Source: a virus (lineage: Duplodnaviria; Caudoviricetes). From it: DNA of 57,200 nucleotides. Position 1 is the first letter of the stretch. Every line of letters begins with the position of its first letter. The notes under the pieces are model-generated. The model was given only the letters and a program-made list of their open reading frames with translations. It was not told the DNA's origin and searched no databases. The position numbers were made by a program, and so were the translations under genes. Positions 8,814 to 21,100 of this stretch are shown here, piece after piece. The stretch is taken from positions 1-57,200 of the IMG/VR virus record IMGVR_UViG_3300046804_002082. One strand, given 5' to 3'.

Positions 8814-11800
8814 ATGGCGAAGGTAACTCTCAGAGCGACAGGAGGTTTGAACTCAGATACAGACCCAAACAATTTACCAGAAGGAGATTATGTTTCTGCA
8901 AATAACATCGTTTTTGATGCAGGTAAAGATGGAGGAGCTGGAGCAATAAAAATGATGGAGTCTATCAAGTCTACTGGTGTAACTTTCACTGAGACAATAA
9001 AGGCAACATTCTTAAATAGCGATGGAGTTATTTATGTTTTAGGTAGAGCTGCATCAAATGGCTCTACAGCTTCTATTTATAAAATACCTGCTACATTAGA
9101 TAGCAAAACATTAATTGTTACTTATACGCACGGAATTACAACAGACTTTGTTCCTGATTTAAAAGTAGTTGGAACATCTATTGTTTGGAATTATGCTGAA
9201 GAGGGAACACCTTTGTCATTCTCATTATCAAGAACATTTGGAAGCACAATCCCTTTAACCGATTTAAAACTTCAAAAGAAAACTCCTAACAACGTATATA
9301 CTATTACCAAAACTATTGGTACAGGAGTTACATTATTAGAAGCAAGCGATTTTCAATTTGCATCAAGATATCAATATGATACAGGAGAGTATTCTGCATT
9401 AGGGGCTTACTCTCAGATGTTTAAAGGAGAAAAAGATACAGCGAATTACACATTTGCTTATTCATTTTCAGGAGTCCCTACATACGTTACAACATTAGAA
9501 ACTTATGTTCGAGTTGGCAATAATGGAACTTGGAGAAGAATTGATTCTAGAACAAAAACAGAAACAACTAACCTTGTTTGGACAGGTCAGATTTACGAAA
9601 GCCTTGATGCAATAACAACAGGAAAGCCATTTGATGCTGTACCTGTAAATGCTAAGCATATCGAAATTGCAAAGAATAGAATTTTCTTAGCAAATATTAA
9701 AGATGACTATGATGTAACCTCTGGTACAAATCTTGATTTTACTTTATCTGAAGCGTCTGGATATTCTTTAGATTCTGGAACTTATAATAGTTATTTAGGA
9801 AACAATAAGTCATCTACTAGTTCTGAAACAGGAACATATTATAAGCCGTTTGCAAATGATTCAACTTATGCAATTGGATTAGCTTATTATGATGAAGCGA
9901 TGAAAACTCGTGGAGTCGAAAAATACATTAAATTTAAAACAGGAAAGTTTGCCTTACCTATTTTACCGACAATTAATGTTGCATTAGGGGCTTCTTGGGC
10001 TAAGCCTAGCTGGGCGAAGTATGCACAATTAGTATATACTAAGAATATATCTAAAGCTTATATATATGAAGGTTATGCTAGCAATATTTTCTTTCAATTA
10101 AATCAAACAGAAACTAATGCTGTCACAAAAGAAGTAACAACATTAAAGGTTGTCAGCCAATCTGTTACAAAAGACCAATTAAAAAACATTGAGTATTTTG
10201 CTGTTGATTTAATGGGAATGTTCAGAGCAGGCTTAATTTATACATATCAAGAAGGAGACAGGATATCAATTAATACGCCAAATGGAATACTTGATTTAGA
10301 TGTTGTAGCCCAAAACGCAAATATTATTTATTGTAATTATACAGCGGGGGAAATGACTAATCTTGAAATTCCATCTCCTGCTGATTTGTATTTTGAAATC
10401 TACACACCTAAACAAGAACAAGAGGAAGACAATTTATTATTTTATGAATACGGCAACCTAATTGATATGGCTGCGGCAGGATGGTCTGCTGGGGCTACTA
10501 TTGGAATATCGGGAGCTGGTACAGTCAATAATAATAAATTGATTGGAGATATGGTGTTTAGCAAGATTGAAATACCTGTTTACTCTACCGCCCCATTCTT
10601 ATATAATACTCAAAAAACAGTGCCAGCTGATATAACAGAAGATGTAATTACTATTGTCAATGGTATTACAACTCAGACAATGACTAGTTCATTGACCAAC
10701 AATGGTACTGCGTCACCTATTAAATATACTCCAATTTTAACAATTCCTTCAGGGACAAATGGAGATGGAGCAAGCTTAACGTCAACTGCTGACGCATTTA
10801 AAGTTTCAGGGTTTTATGATATTGGAAATCAAGACCCAAGTGTAAATAAGATGAAAATTCAATTTAATCTTATTTCAACAAACAATTTAGCTTTATCTAC
10901 TCCATCAATTGGAGACCCTAGTGGAGATATGAGTTGGACATTGAATGCTCAAGTATATCGAACTCCTTATAACAATAAGGACAATAAGTATGAAGCGACA
11001 GAAACATTTGGTTCTAAATTTGAAGTAGATAGTAGAACTTTTTCTTCGGCAACTTCAGGCGCAACTGTTCCAATAACAGCTATAAAAGAAATAAATTTAA
11101 GTTCTGATATTAAAAAAGATATTTCAGCTAATGATAAATTTTCAGTTGAATTAACTTTAGATTTTTCAGCAGGAGGAGGTATTAGCGCGGCATCTGTAAG
11201 TATTGCAAAACAAAGTTCTTCAACTTACGGTATGGTGATTACATTAAATGGAGATAGAACTGCTCCAAAAACAATCACAACATACAATAGCAACTCTGAA
11301 GTTTCTGCAACAAAATCTAAGTTTTTATTAAGAAATATTTCTAATGCAATTGATAATAAGCAATGGAATACTTCGGCAGGTAAACCTTCATTTGAAGTAA
11401 AAGCACTAGTATCTCCACGTAGAACTCAATCAATTAGATATTCAGGTAATTACGTTGCAGGGACTAAAGTTAACAACATCAACTCATTCTTTGCATTAGA
11501 TAGCAATGATGTGCCTATTGAGAATGGTGAGATTACTTCATTGCAACGTGCATCAAGACTACAGGGCAATGGTGCAATGATGATTGTCCTTTGTGAAAAG
11601 GAGTCTGCATATATTATGCTTGGAGAACAAGAATTATCACAAGGTAACAATACTAGCATTCGTTCCTTGACAGCCAATATGATTGGTACTATCAGAAACT
11701 TTGGAAATAATCTAGGTATGCTTACAAAGCAATCCGTGATGAACTATAAAGGATTTATTTGGTGGTGGGATGATTTTAATAAGAAGATTGTTAAATATAC

Positions 11801-12500
11801 TCCTGATGGGCTTCAAATAGTTAGTGATATTTTTACCCGTTCATTATTTAGAAATAAATCTGGGGCAGCTTCATTTTGTTATGATGCCTTTTACAATATG
11901 GCATTTGTAGCAATTGGCTCTGATACACAATCTATGGGATTCTCAGACAATCTTAACAGATGGATTGGGGCATACGATTTCGTTCCAAACTTTGGAGAAT
12001 CTTATGGAGACAGAATGATTCTATTTAAAAATGGAGCGGTGTATCGTTCTCTTGAAAGTGGTTCTAAAAATGATTATAATTCATTTTTAGGTGCTTCTGG
12101 CGTTAATGGTAATATTTCATTTATTTTAAATAGTCGATTCCCAGTAAATCCGTTGAACGTGGCTGTATGGCACAATATGAATGTTATTGATTGGAATAAA
12201 GCGGCTGATATTAACGGAGAGAAAAATTACGTAAAAGACAATCTATTACAGATTGATATTACAAACGAGAATAATCAGGCTACATTAATTAGAGAAGGTA
12301 ATTTTATTGTAGAAGATAATAGATTATATGCGCACATTATGCGCGATACTAATACTCCTAATTTAGATAGCCCATTAATTCAGGGTGACTACATTGTTGG
12401 GTATCTTAACAAATTTGTTGTAACTTTAAAAGACAAAACTCAGAATATGCGAATTAATTCGATTGACGTTGAGGTTGCGTCTGTATCAGGACATTCGTAA
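8814..12500 (+). CDS. Tail stabilisation/nozzle protein (P22 gp10 / crAss muzzle-like)
   Basis: N-terminal GGLNSDTDP..LPEGDY..ANN and NRIFLAN motifs. Beta-rich, 1228 aa. Confidence 0.75.
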   Translation: MAKVTLRATGGLNSDTDPNNLPEGDYVSANNIVFDAGKDGGAGAIKMMESIKSTGVTFTETIKATFLNSDGVIYVLGRAASNGSTASIYKIPATLDSKTLIVTYTHGITTDFVPDLKVVGTSIVWNYAEEGTPLSFSLSRTFGSTIPLTDLKLQKKTPNNVYTITKTIGTGVTLLEASDFQFASRYQYDTGEYSALGAYSQMFKGEKDTANYTFAYSFSGVPTYVTTLETYVRVGNNGTWRRIDSRTKTETTNLVWTGQIYESLDAITTGKPFDAVPVNAKHIEIAKNRIFLANIKDDYDVTSGTNLDFTLSEASGYSLDSGTYNSYLGNNKSSTSSETGTYYKPFANDSTYAIGLAYYDEAMKTRGVEKYIKFKTGKFALPILPTINVALGASWAKPSWAKYAQLVYTKNISKAYIYEGYASNIFFQLNQTETNAVTKEVTTLKVVSQSVTKDQLKNIEYFAVDLMGMFRAGLIYTYQEGDRISINTPNGILDLDVVAQNANIIYCNYTAGEMTNLEIPSPADLYFEIYTPKQEQEEDNLLFYEYGNLIDMAAAGWSAGATIGISGAGTVNNNKLIGDMVFSKIEIPVYSTAPFLYNTQKTVPADITEDVITIVNGITTQTMTSSLTNNGTASPIKYTPILTIPSGTNGDGASLTSTADAFKVSGFYDIGNQDPSVNKMKIQFNLISTNNLALSTPSIGDPSGDMSWTLNAQVYRTPYNNKDNKYEATETFGSKFEVDSRTFSSATSGATVPITAIKEINLSSDIKKDISANDKFSVELTLDFSAGGGISAASVSIAKQSSSTYGMVITLNGDRTAPKTITTYNSNSEVSATKSKFLLRNISNAIDNKQWNTSAGKPSFEVKALVSPRRTQSIRYSGNYVAGTKVNNINSFFALDSNDVPIENGEITSLQRASRLQGNGAMMIVLCEKESAYIMLGEQELSQGNNTSIRSLTANMIGTIRNFGNNLGMLTKQSVMNYKGFIWWWDDFNKKIVKYTPDGLQIVSDIFTRSLFRNKSGAASFCYDAFYNMAFVAIGSDTQSMGFSDNLNRWIGAYDFVPNFGESYGDRMILFKNGAVYRSLESGSKNDYNSFLGASGVNGNISFILNSRFPVNPLNVAVWHNMNVIDWNKAADINGEKNYVKDNLLQIDITNENNQATLIREGNFIVEDNRLYAHIMRDTNTPNLDSPLIQGDYIVGYLNKFVVTLKDKTQNMRINSIDVEVASVSGHS

Positions 12501-12511
12501 ATTAAAATAAA

Positions 12512-13507
12512 ATGGGACTAGAAGCATTAATGGGCGGACTTAACCCTGTGGGAATGGGGCTTAATGTATTAGGCGGAGTAGCCAATATTGTCGGAGCTAT
12601 TGGTCAAAGAAATGAGGCTAAAAGACAGCTTGAGGCGCAAAAAATGTTTGGAAATACTCAGCGTGCAACCTTAAAAGAAGGTTATGCTGATTTAATTTCT
12701 CAAGCTAAAGGATTGCCTACATATCAGGCTGACATCACTAAATACGTACAGGCACAACAAGAAGCTGAAAAACAAAAGTTAATGGCTGGCGGTGGCGGTC
12801 GTGTAGCTGGTCAAGCTATTGCCGAAGAACAAGCTCGTCAAACAACAGCTAATGCATTAGCAGCTGCTCAGAAAGGCGCTCAGTCGGGTTCTGACTTATT
12901 AACAGCGGCTTTAATGGGACAACAGCAAGAAGGCGCTCAGATGCAAGATATCACATCGAAATCAATGCAACTTCGTTCTGACTGGGAAACGCAAGCCAAT
13001 CAAAATTATTTGCAATCATTAGGTCAGACAGCAGCAGCTCAAGCGCAACAGGCTGGACTACAATTTCAATCAGAATCTCAAAGAGCAAATCAGGTATTGG
13101 GATTAGGTCAAGAAAGACTTGGTCAATCAATGAATCTTGAGCAGAATTTATTTCAATCAGAACAAGCTAAAGCTGCGGCAGTAGCTCAAGCTCAAGCAGC
13201 AATTTGGTCTGGAGTTGGCGGATTAGCTTCTGGTATTGGAGGTGGATTAATGCAGATGCAGCAGGGTCAGAATCAAATGGATATGTTGAGTAAAATTTAT
13301 GGAATTGAGAAAGGTACACAAGCTGGTGCTGGATATTCTAATTTTGCTAATGTGGCTATTGGAAGAGGGAATAGTTTAGCTAAAGTGTTAAATCCGACAT
13401 TTGGGCAAGCTACAAATTTAGCTACTATAGCTCCATTTAAGAAAACAATTGTACCACCACAGTTCCCTGTTTATTCTAGCGACCAATTAGAATGGACAAT
13501 TAAATAA
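12512..13507 (+). CDS. Ejection/internal virion protein
   Basis: Gly/Ala/Gln-rich with hydrophobic Gly-rich termini. Follows the tail genes as in other podoviruses. Confidence 0.65.
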   Translation: MGLEALMGGLNPVGMGLNVLGGVANIVGAIGQRNEAKRQLEAQKMFGNTQRATLKEGYADLISQAKGLPTYQADITKYVQAQQEAEKQKLMAGGGGRVAGQAIAEEQARQTTANALAAAQKGAQSGSDLLTAALMGQQQEGAQMQDITSKSMQLRSDWETQANQNYLQSLGQTAAAQAQQAGLQFQSESQRANQVLGLGQERLGQSMNLEQNLFQSEQAKAAAVAQAQAAIWSGVGGLASGIGGGLMQMQQGQNQMDMLSKIYGIEKGTQAGAGYSNFANVAIGRGNSLAKVLNPTFGQATNLATIAPFKKTIVPPQFPVYSSDQLEWTIK

Positions 13508-13529
13508 CACCATTTTTTAAAAAATAATA

Positions 13530-15098
13530 ATGGCAGATTACATTTATAATCCAGCAGAAAGTATTAAGCAAGGATTCCAGCAAACACAAGCTGGTCTAGG
13601 GAATATATTCACTCAGATAATTCAACAGCAACAACGTGACTATACGTTGGCTGAATCTGCGTTCCAAAATATCGAAGCCTTGAAAAAGGATGTTAATATT
13701 TTTGGTCAAAAGAATATTACAGCAAAATCTAACGAATTATTAAAGCAGGCAGGCTCAGCTATCTTAAAAGATGGCAAACTAGACTACTCTAAACTAGGAG
13801 AAATTCGTCAAGGTATCTCCGATATTAAAGACCTTAAAGCAGGTTACGATGTAGGAGCTAAGGAATATGAGCGTATGCTTCAATTGGGTATTGCTAATAA
13901 AGACAATCTTGTAAGCTTTGAGAAGTTCTATAAAGATTTGTCAGCTAAAATGGCTGATGAGAATCTTGTTAAGAATCCTCAAGACTTACAACGTGCGATG
14001 GCAGATACTTATTCAAATAATCTTGATTCATTTAAGATGTATGGTAAGTCTTATTTAGGCGCTAACCCTTATCAAAAAATTGCTCAAGATGTTAAAGACC
14101 CTAAAACAGGTGCTTTAATGCGTGTACAAGCAGAATTGCCTACTGGATGGACAATAGATGCTCAAGGTAATAAAGTTCCTCCTGCGCCAAAGACAATGGT
14201 TGTTAATGGGCAGAATGTTACAATGGATTATGTTGACCAAGAATTAGCTAGACTTCAATCTACTAATCCAGATATGCTTGCATTAATGAAAAAACAAGCA
14301 GGATTTGCTGGGCAGACTATGAGTGATAGAGATTTGGTTAAATCTTTTATTGATAGAATCCCTACTACTACACAGGCTACTCAGGTTAAAAATGCTGATG
14401 AGTTACGTGGTCAAAAAGCACAAGCTGACCTTGCTGAATTCAAAGCAAAAACAGCACCGCAGGAATTTAATATGGATATGAGAATTAAAAAATCTCAAGC
14501 TGATTATTATGATGCAAAGGCTAATGAAAAAGCAACAGGAGCTACTGCTCCAGCAGATTACGCTCAAGGTAATATGTATGATATAGATGTTCCATTATCT
14601 AGCGGAAAAGTAGCTCAATTAACTGCAGCACCTCTTGGTAAGAATATGAAACTAAGTATTGGTAATACACAAGCTGTTGTTACGGATATTGCCAAATCTA
14701 AAAAGTCTGGAGACATTTGGGCAAAAGTATTAGTTGACGAAAAAGGGGTATTAGTATTAGACGATAGCAAAGTTGCTGGGGCTAAGCAAACTTGGAGAAA
14801 AGTTACTAATCCAGAAGTATTTAAAAAGACAATTGATAGAACAATCCATTCTGGAGGTTTTGCTAACAAAGAAAAGCCGTATGCACAAGCTTTGGTAGAT
14901 GGTGTATTTAACGCTAAAACTGAGAATCTTTCTTCTATGAAAGGCACAACTCCACCTGCTGCACCTAAACCTGCTGCTGTGAAATATCAATCTGGTCAAA
15001 TTGAAGGGAATACCATTTATTTAGATTCATCACTTAAAGGAAGAGAAAAAGATATATTAAATAAATATAAAGTAAGTCGTGCTGTATATATTAATTAA
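13530..15098 (+). CDS. Probable ejection/internal virion protein
   Basis: Helical 522-aa ORF between the pilot-like protein and the giant protein. Confidence 0.55.
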   Translation: MADYIYNPAESIKQGFQQTQAGLGNIFTQIIQQQQRDYTLAESAFQNIEALKKDVNIFGQKNITAKSNELLKQAGSAILKDGKLDYSKLGEIRQGISDIKDLKAGYDVGAKEYERMLQLGIANKDNLVSFEKFYKDLSAKMADENLVKNPQDLQRAMADTYSNNLDSFKMYGKSYLGANPYQKIAQDVKDPKTGALMRVQAELPTGWTIDAQGNKVPPAPKTMVVNGQNVTMDYVDQELARLQSTNPDMLALMKKQAGFAGQTMSDRDLVKSFIDRIPTTTQATQVKNADELRGQKAQADLAEFKAKTAPQEFNMDMRIKKSQADYYDAKANEKATGATAPADYAQGNMYDIDVPLSSGKVAQLTAAPLGKNMKLSIGNTQAVVTDIAKSKKSGDIWAKVLVDEKGVLVLDDSKVAGAKQTWRKVTNPEVFKKTIDRTIHSGGFANKEKPYAQALVDGVFNAKTENLSSMKGTTPPAAPKPAAVKYQSGQIEGNTIYLDSSLKGREKDILNKYKVSRAVYIN

Positions 15099-15106
15099 TA
15101 TCTTTG
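15099..15106 (+). promoter_or_regulatory. Bacteroidota sigma-A -7 element
   Basis: TATCTTTG before the giant protein gene. Confidence 0.65.
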
Positions 15107-15138
15107 TCTAAAATACATTTTAAGTAAAACCAAGAATA

Positions 15139-18100
15139 ATGTCGAAGCAACAAACAAGAATCGTAGATTTATCTGAATTTGGAGGTGCGCCATCTAAAAC
15201 TGAAGCTCCTAAAATAGTTGACCTATCTGAGTTTACTCAAAAAAAAAATCTAAACGAAACGCCAAACGCCGATACGGGATTATTTGGAGGGATGTTTTCT
15301 ACGGCTGGAGGTTCTGATAAAAACGAAATATCAAAAAAGTTTTTTAATGCGATGTCCTATGCAAAAGGTCTTTTTTCAAGTGATGATTCACCTGAAGTTA
15401 AGCAACCTCTTACTTATGGGCAACAACCAGAAGGGGGATTTAGAGCAGTATCAACAGCTATAAAAACCTTTGTTCCTCAGACAATAGCAAGCGTATCTGC
15501 AGTTGCTGGTGGAGTTCTTGAAAATATTATTAATGATGCAAAAGATGTTGCTGATTTTTATTCAGGAACTAGCGATTATAGCATAGGTAATTTTTTTACT
15601 AACCTTGAAAAGCAGGCTAAGATTGCAGATGAAACAGTTAAGCAAAAAGGGAATACAGTCTCTACTGCTTTATCATTAGAACATCAAGGTCACGACCATC
15701 TAAAATCAAGCGAAAGTATTGCAGCTCCTTTATATGACTTAGCGGCTGAAGCTCAAAAATCTGCCGATGTTTTATTTGATGTGTCTCAAAAACAATGGGG
15801 CATTAAAGAGGAAAATAGAAATAAAAGCATATTTGATTTAACGGCAGAAGGCGACTATAAAGATGCCTTTAAAATTGCTGGATTAGGTGTAGCTAGAAGT
15901 ATGCCTCAATCTATTGCATTAGCAATGACAGGTGGTTCTGCTGGTGTATTTGCAGGAGCTGGTATCTCGGCTGGTGGTGCAGAATTAGCAAAAGAATATT
16001 CTCAAACTGGAGATATTACAGGAGAGGACGCATTCCGCGCAATTGGATATGGAGTTGGCGAAGGTTTATCAGAAATGCTATTTCAAGGAGATTTAATGGC
16101 AATTAAATCATTGGGTAAAAGTATTTTTAACCTTACCGATGATGCTGTAAAAGCTTCCGTAAAAACTCTCGTAAAGGAAGAAGGTAAGCAAGTTGCAAAA
16201 GAAAAGATAGCAAGAAGTTTTCTGGATGGCGGTATTTCTAAAATGCTCAAAGGAGGTCTTGAAGAAGGTGTTGAAGAAATTGCAGCTACGGTTAGTAATT
16301 TTGCGGTAGATAGAATTCTTGATGGAAACATATCTGGAGCTGACTACAATAAATTAATGAAAGATGCAGTTGATTCATTTGTTATTGGAGCAATGTCAGG
16401 TGGATTAATGTCTGGTTCAGCAGCTTTAGCTACTCACAATCCATTGTCAAAAGAACAGCAACAAAGAGTTGATAAGTTTATGGAGGTTGCCAATAATGAA
16501 GAACTATCACAAGAAGTTCGAGATATGGCAAAATCAAAAGCTGACGAAATCATTAAATATGACGCTGATAGACATTATGCCGAATATACTCAATTAGCTA
16601 ATCTTCCTTTGCAAGATAGAATAAAGGCGGTTGCTATTTCAAATGAAATCAAAACTTTAGAAGAAAATAAAAAAGAAATAAAGGATGTTGAGACTATTTC
16701 TGAAATAGATAAAAAAATTGAAGAAAAGTCACAAGAGGTAAAAGATATCATTGATAATCATACTTTAAATCTAGCTGACGAAGTTATTAATAGTAACGAA
16801 GCTATAGATGGTAAGGTTGCATTCTCAAATGAAACACAATTAAATGTAAACCCAGATACGGGATATGTATTTCATTTTGATTCTCCTAACGAAGTTCCTG
16901 CTGAATTAAAAAAAATAGAACCTATTTCTTCTGGCGTAATAGCTGGCAGAGATAAGTCTGTATTTAGAGTTGCCTACACAGGTCAAGATTTAATTAATGC
17001 TGGCTTAGCAACTCAAGCGTCTGAAATAACTCCTGAGCAAGTGTCGCAAGCTTCTGCTGACGTAGAAACAACTGCAAATACAGTACAAGAGATACTAGAT
17101 AAAGCCCCTGATACATTAGGGAATATCCCTTCAATGTTTCAAGAGCAAGAAGGAAAGACTATTGCACAGCAAATTGCAGAAGAGTATCAGAAAGCAAAGC
17201 AGGATAATTCAAATCCAGAATTGGTATCTCAGGTAGAATCGGCAATTACTAATAGTTTGACAGCTCCTACAATGGCGGCTCAACCCGTTATTGCTCCTAA
17301 GCCTAAGAGAAAACGTAATGTTCAAACTCTAAGAGGTATGAAGCCTACTGAGGGTGTAGAACTAACGGATAATATTGTAAATGACTTTACTGGCGTATTA
17401 GGCAAGATGAGTCGTGGAACTAAACAAGTTCTACAAAACTATGTTAAGGCGTTAAAGTCTGTTAGACCAGAGGCAAAAGTATTCTACTATGAAGATGCTG
17501 TTGCAATGGAGAAAGGATTAAAGAATTCTGGATTCAGCCCATCAAAAGCTAAATCATTAGCATCTAGTTCTGGTGGATTGTTTACTACTGTAAATGACGG
17601 AGGAGAAGTTATTATTCACGTAAACCGTCAAGCTGATTTATCTAAGAAAGGTCAAGATGCTGGACAGCAATCTAATCTTATCTTAGCTCACGAAATTGTT
17701 CACGCCACATTATTAGAACTAGCAAGAACAAATCCATCCGAGTTTAAGAATATGCGCGACTCTTTGTTGACTATGTTAGCAAAAGATGAGGCGGCTAATG
17801 AGGAGGTTAAAGCATTCGTAGAAAGATATTCTAATCAAAGCGAAGAGGTTCAAGCAGAAGAGTTTTTAGCTCAATTAGGAGCATTACTTACTCGTCAAAA
17901 AGCTACACTTCAAAGAAGTACACTTGATAAGATTAAGCTAGCAATTAGACAATTCTTACAAAAGGTTGCTGGTAAGTTTAGAAGCAAAGCTTTAATGGAT
18001 TTGGTTGATAGTGAAGTATTTGCGGAAACAGCTAAGATAGAAGATACTGCACAATTCTTAGAAGGTCTTGGTAAGTCATTGAGAGAAGGTACTGACATTA

Positions 18101-21100
18101 ATATGAAGTACATTAAGAATCTAGTAAAAGGCTCTAAGGAGTATCAAGCTGGATTGCGTTATAGTGTAATTGAAAATGCGCCAAGTATCCCGCAAGGTAT
18201 GGATGCCAATACGTTAATGGATAACGATATGGTCGTTGAACCAGAAAATGTTAAGCAATCTGTCGACGAAGGGAATTGGACTGATAATGCTGAAAACAGA
18301 AAGCGTATGACTAAATATATGTCTACTATTAAAGGTATGACAGAGGACGATATTTGGTTAGCTAAGGCTATTGCATATAACGAGAACAAGGGGGTTAAGC
18401 TTTACACATTAAAGGATAAGGAATCCGTTATTGCTGCGCTTGAGAATCAATTAAACAATATTGTTCAAAGCTTAGATAATGAAATTGTTGGACAATATGA
18501 ATTTGCAAACGAAGGAACTCTTTGGGAGTCTAATGGAGGATATCTTTTTACAGGATGGAAGCCAGAATACATTGCAAATAGAATTATTTTATTTAAAAAC
18601 GACCTTAACACAAATGAGGTGTTGCGTTGGACTGAAATAAGAGATAATGAAAATTATCATAAGCAAGAAGTCGGAGTAATTCGTGAAATGCAAAAGAATG
18701 CTTTGTTGGCAAATATTAAAGAGTTTAATGGTCACAATGACTTTGACCCAGCATTCTCTTATATGTTAATCAACTCTATGATTTACAACAAGTATCAGGT
18801 TGCAAATGAAGAGACTGGTGAGATTAAGGTGTTCAAATACAAACAAAATCAATTGTCATCTACTGATGCAACTTATGCTTCTTTACAATATAGTGTAGCT
18901 AAGGCTCTTTACGATAGCGAAAAATCACGAAATTCTGCTGATGAAATTGGTATTCAATACCAAAAAACTTATATGAATATGGACAAGTTAAATGTCCAAA
19001 ATTCTAAGTTTGCAAAATACATTGATAAGAAAAGTTCTACGGGAGAAGGATATTGGTTAAAGTTTCCAAAAGGAGATAACCCAGAGGTAGCTTATGATTT
19101 ATTTGAAATAGCTAAAACTTCTCACAAGTATCCTGCTAAATGGTGTACTGGTTCATCAGATAGTACAGCTGCAAGCCAACTAAGGGGAGGCGATTTTTAT
19201 ATGTTTGTTGACAGCAAAACAGGTGACGCCAGAATTGCAGTTAAATACAATAATGATAGCATTGGAGAGGTTCGTGGACTAGGTGAGGGGCAAGCTATAT
19301 TGGCTAAAGACTCAGGAATTATTGAAGAAATTTCAGATACATTCAAAGATGGAAAATCTTATGAGTCATATAGTAAGACTCTTAATGATACCAAGAAGAT
19401 TGCAAAAGAGTTTTTCACAAAAGAGGAATTTGAAACTTTTCAAGAAAAAAATACTAGTGGAGATAGTTTATTGGGGAATTCCAATAATTTTATAAAATAT
19501 ATTGGAGATAATTTTTCAGTAGACGATATTGCTAGAATATTAATTGAGGAAGATAGAAGTTATAACCAAAGTGATTATTTTTTACAAAATATACAAGGCG
19601 AAATAAACTCATATTTAAAACTAATTTTAGAGAATAAAGGAGAAAGTCCTTATGCTATTGTACACAATTTTTTCACATCTCCTTCTAATTTAGGAACAAT
19701 AAATGATGTTAAATATGTAATTGATTATTTATCTATTGATGAAGATGTTAATTTTGAAAATTTAATTTATGCGAAAAATATTGGCATCAATGACGGAGAA
19801 CTTACTGCTAACAAACTCAAAACAGTAAATAATCTACAGATTGAAAATGGTGCATTATATTCTAAATCATTAGAGATTGCATCTGATATTGATGCTAGAG
19901 AAGGCGACATAATAGTCCCAAATCTCAAAAAAGTTTCTGATTTAAAAATTGGTTTATTTGGGAATGGAATAAATGATTTTAGTTCATTAGAACAAGCTTC
20001 AAGAATCTCTATTAATATTAACTCAAATAATGTTAAGTTTGACTTTCCTAAGTTGATAAGTGCAAATAGAATTTCTTTCAAAGGGGGTACTGAAATAGCA
20101 TCTAAATCTGAAATAAATCTTCCGTCTATTGATGGTAAAATTAAAACATTAACATTGTCTGGATACAATGGAAGTGATGTCAATGTAAATATTAATAAAA
20201 ATGTTGTTACTGAAATAGAAAATATTATTATTTCTGATAGCATTGAGAATGAATTGTCAATTAATGCACAGAGAGCTGATATTAGAGAAATTAATGTTTA
20301 TGAGGGGCAACTTAATATTAATTTAGAAGATGGCGCAAACATTAAATTAATAGATGGCACAGGAACTGTTGCTATTAATAATGTTACCGAAAATGAAAAT
20401 TTTACTACTGACATTAAGACGGCTAGCTTACATAAATCCGCCAAATTAATATTTGGAGAAAATCAAACTGTTTCAATGGATGAAGTTGAAATGAGAAATG
20501 ATTCCAGTATAGATGGTAAAGTAAACTTTATTAATACATTAAGAATATATAATCCTTCAATTACCACATTGTCAGTAGGGCAAATAGAAAAGCTAAAAGT
20601 TAATGCTGGTATGCTTATGTTAAGGGATAATAAATATATTGACCTTCTTAATATCAATGGGGCTACTGCATCAATTTCATCTGAAAGAATTGGAGTTGCT
20701 GAAGGTTTTTCTTCTCAATTACTTGCCTCTAATTTACAATCTGTGGATGGATTGCTTTTTCAATTAAACGAAACAAGTGAATTATTTTTACCTAATTTGA
20801 TAAAAGTTAACAACAGATTAACATTATCTGGGAAAGCAAATAGCTCAAAAATTAATCTTAGCAAATTAAATGAAGCAACACAGTTAGACATTTATGACGA
20901 TAAATTTGAGTTATTATCATTAAAAAATGCAAAAATAATTACTCTAAAATCTGGCACACTTGAAGCTAGACAGTTGCAAAGTACATCTATAGTTACATTA
21001 GAAGATGGGTCTGATTTATATGCGCCACAACTAAAAAACGGATATAAACTTCAATCTCTTTATGGAGAATTTAATCCCAACGAGAATAATAATCGCATAT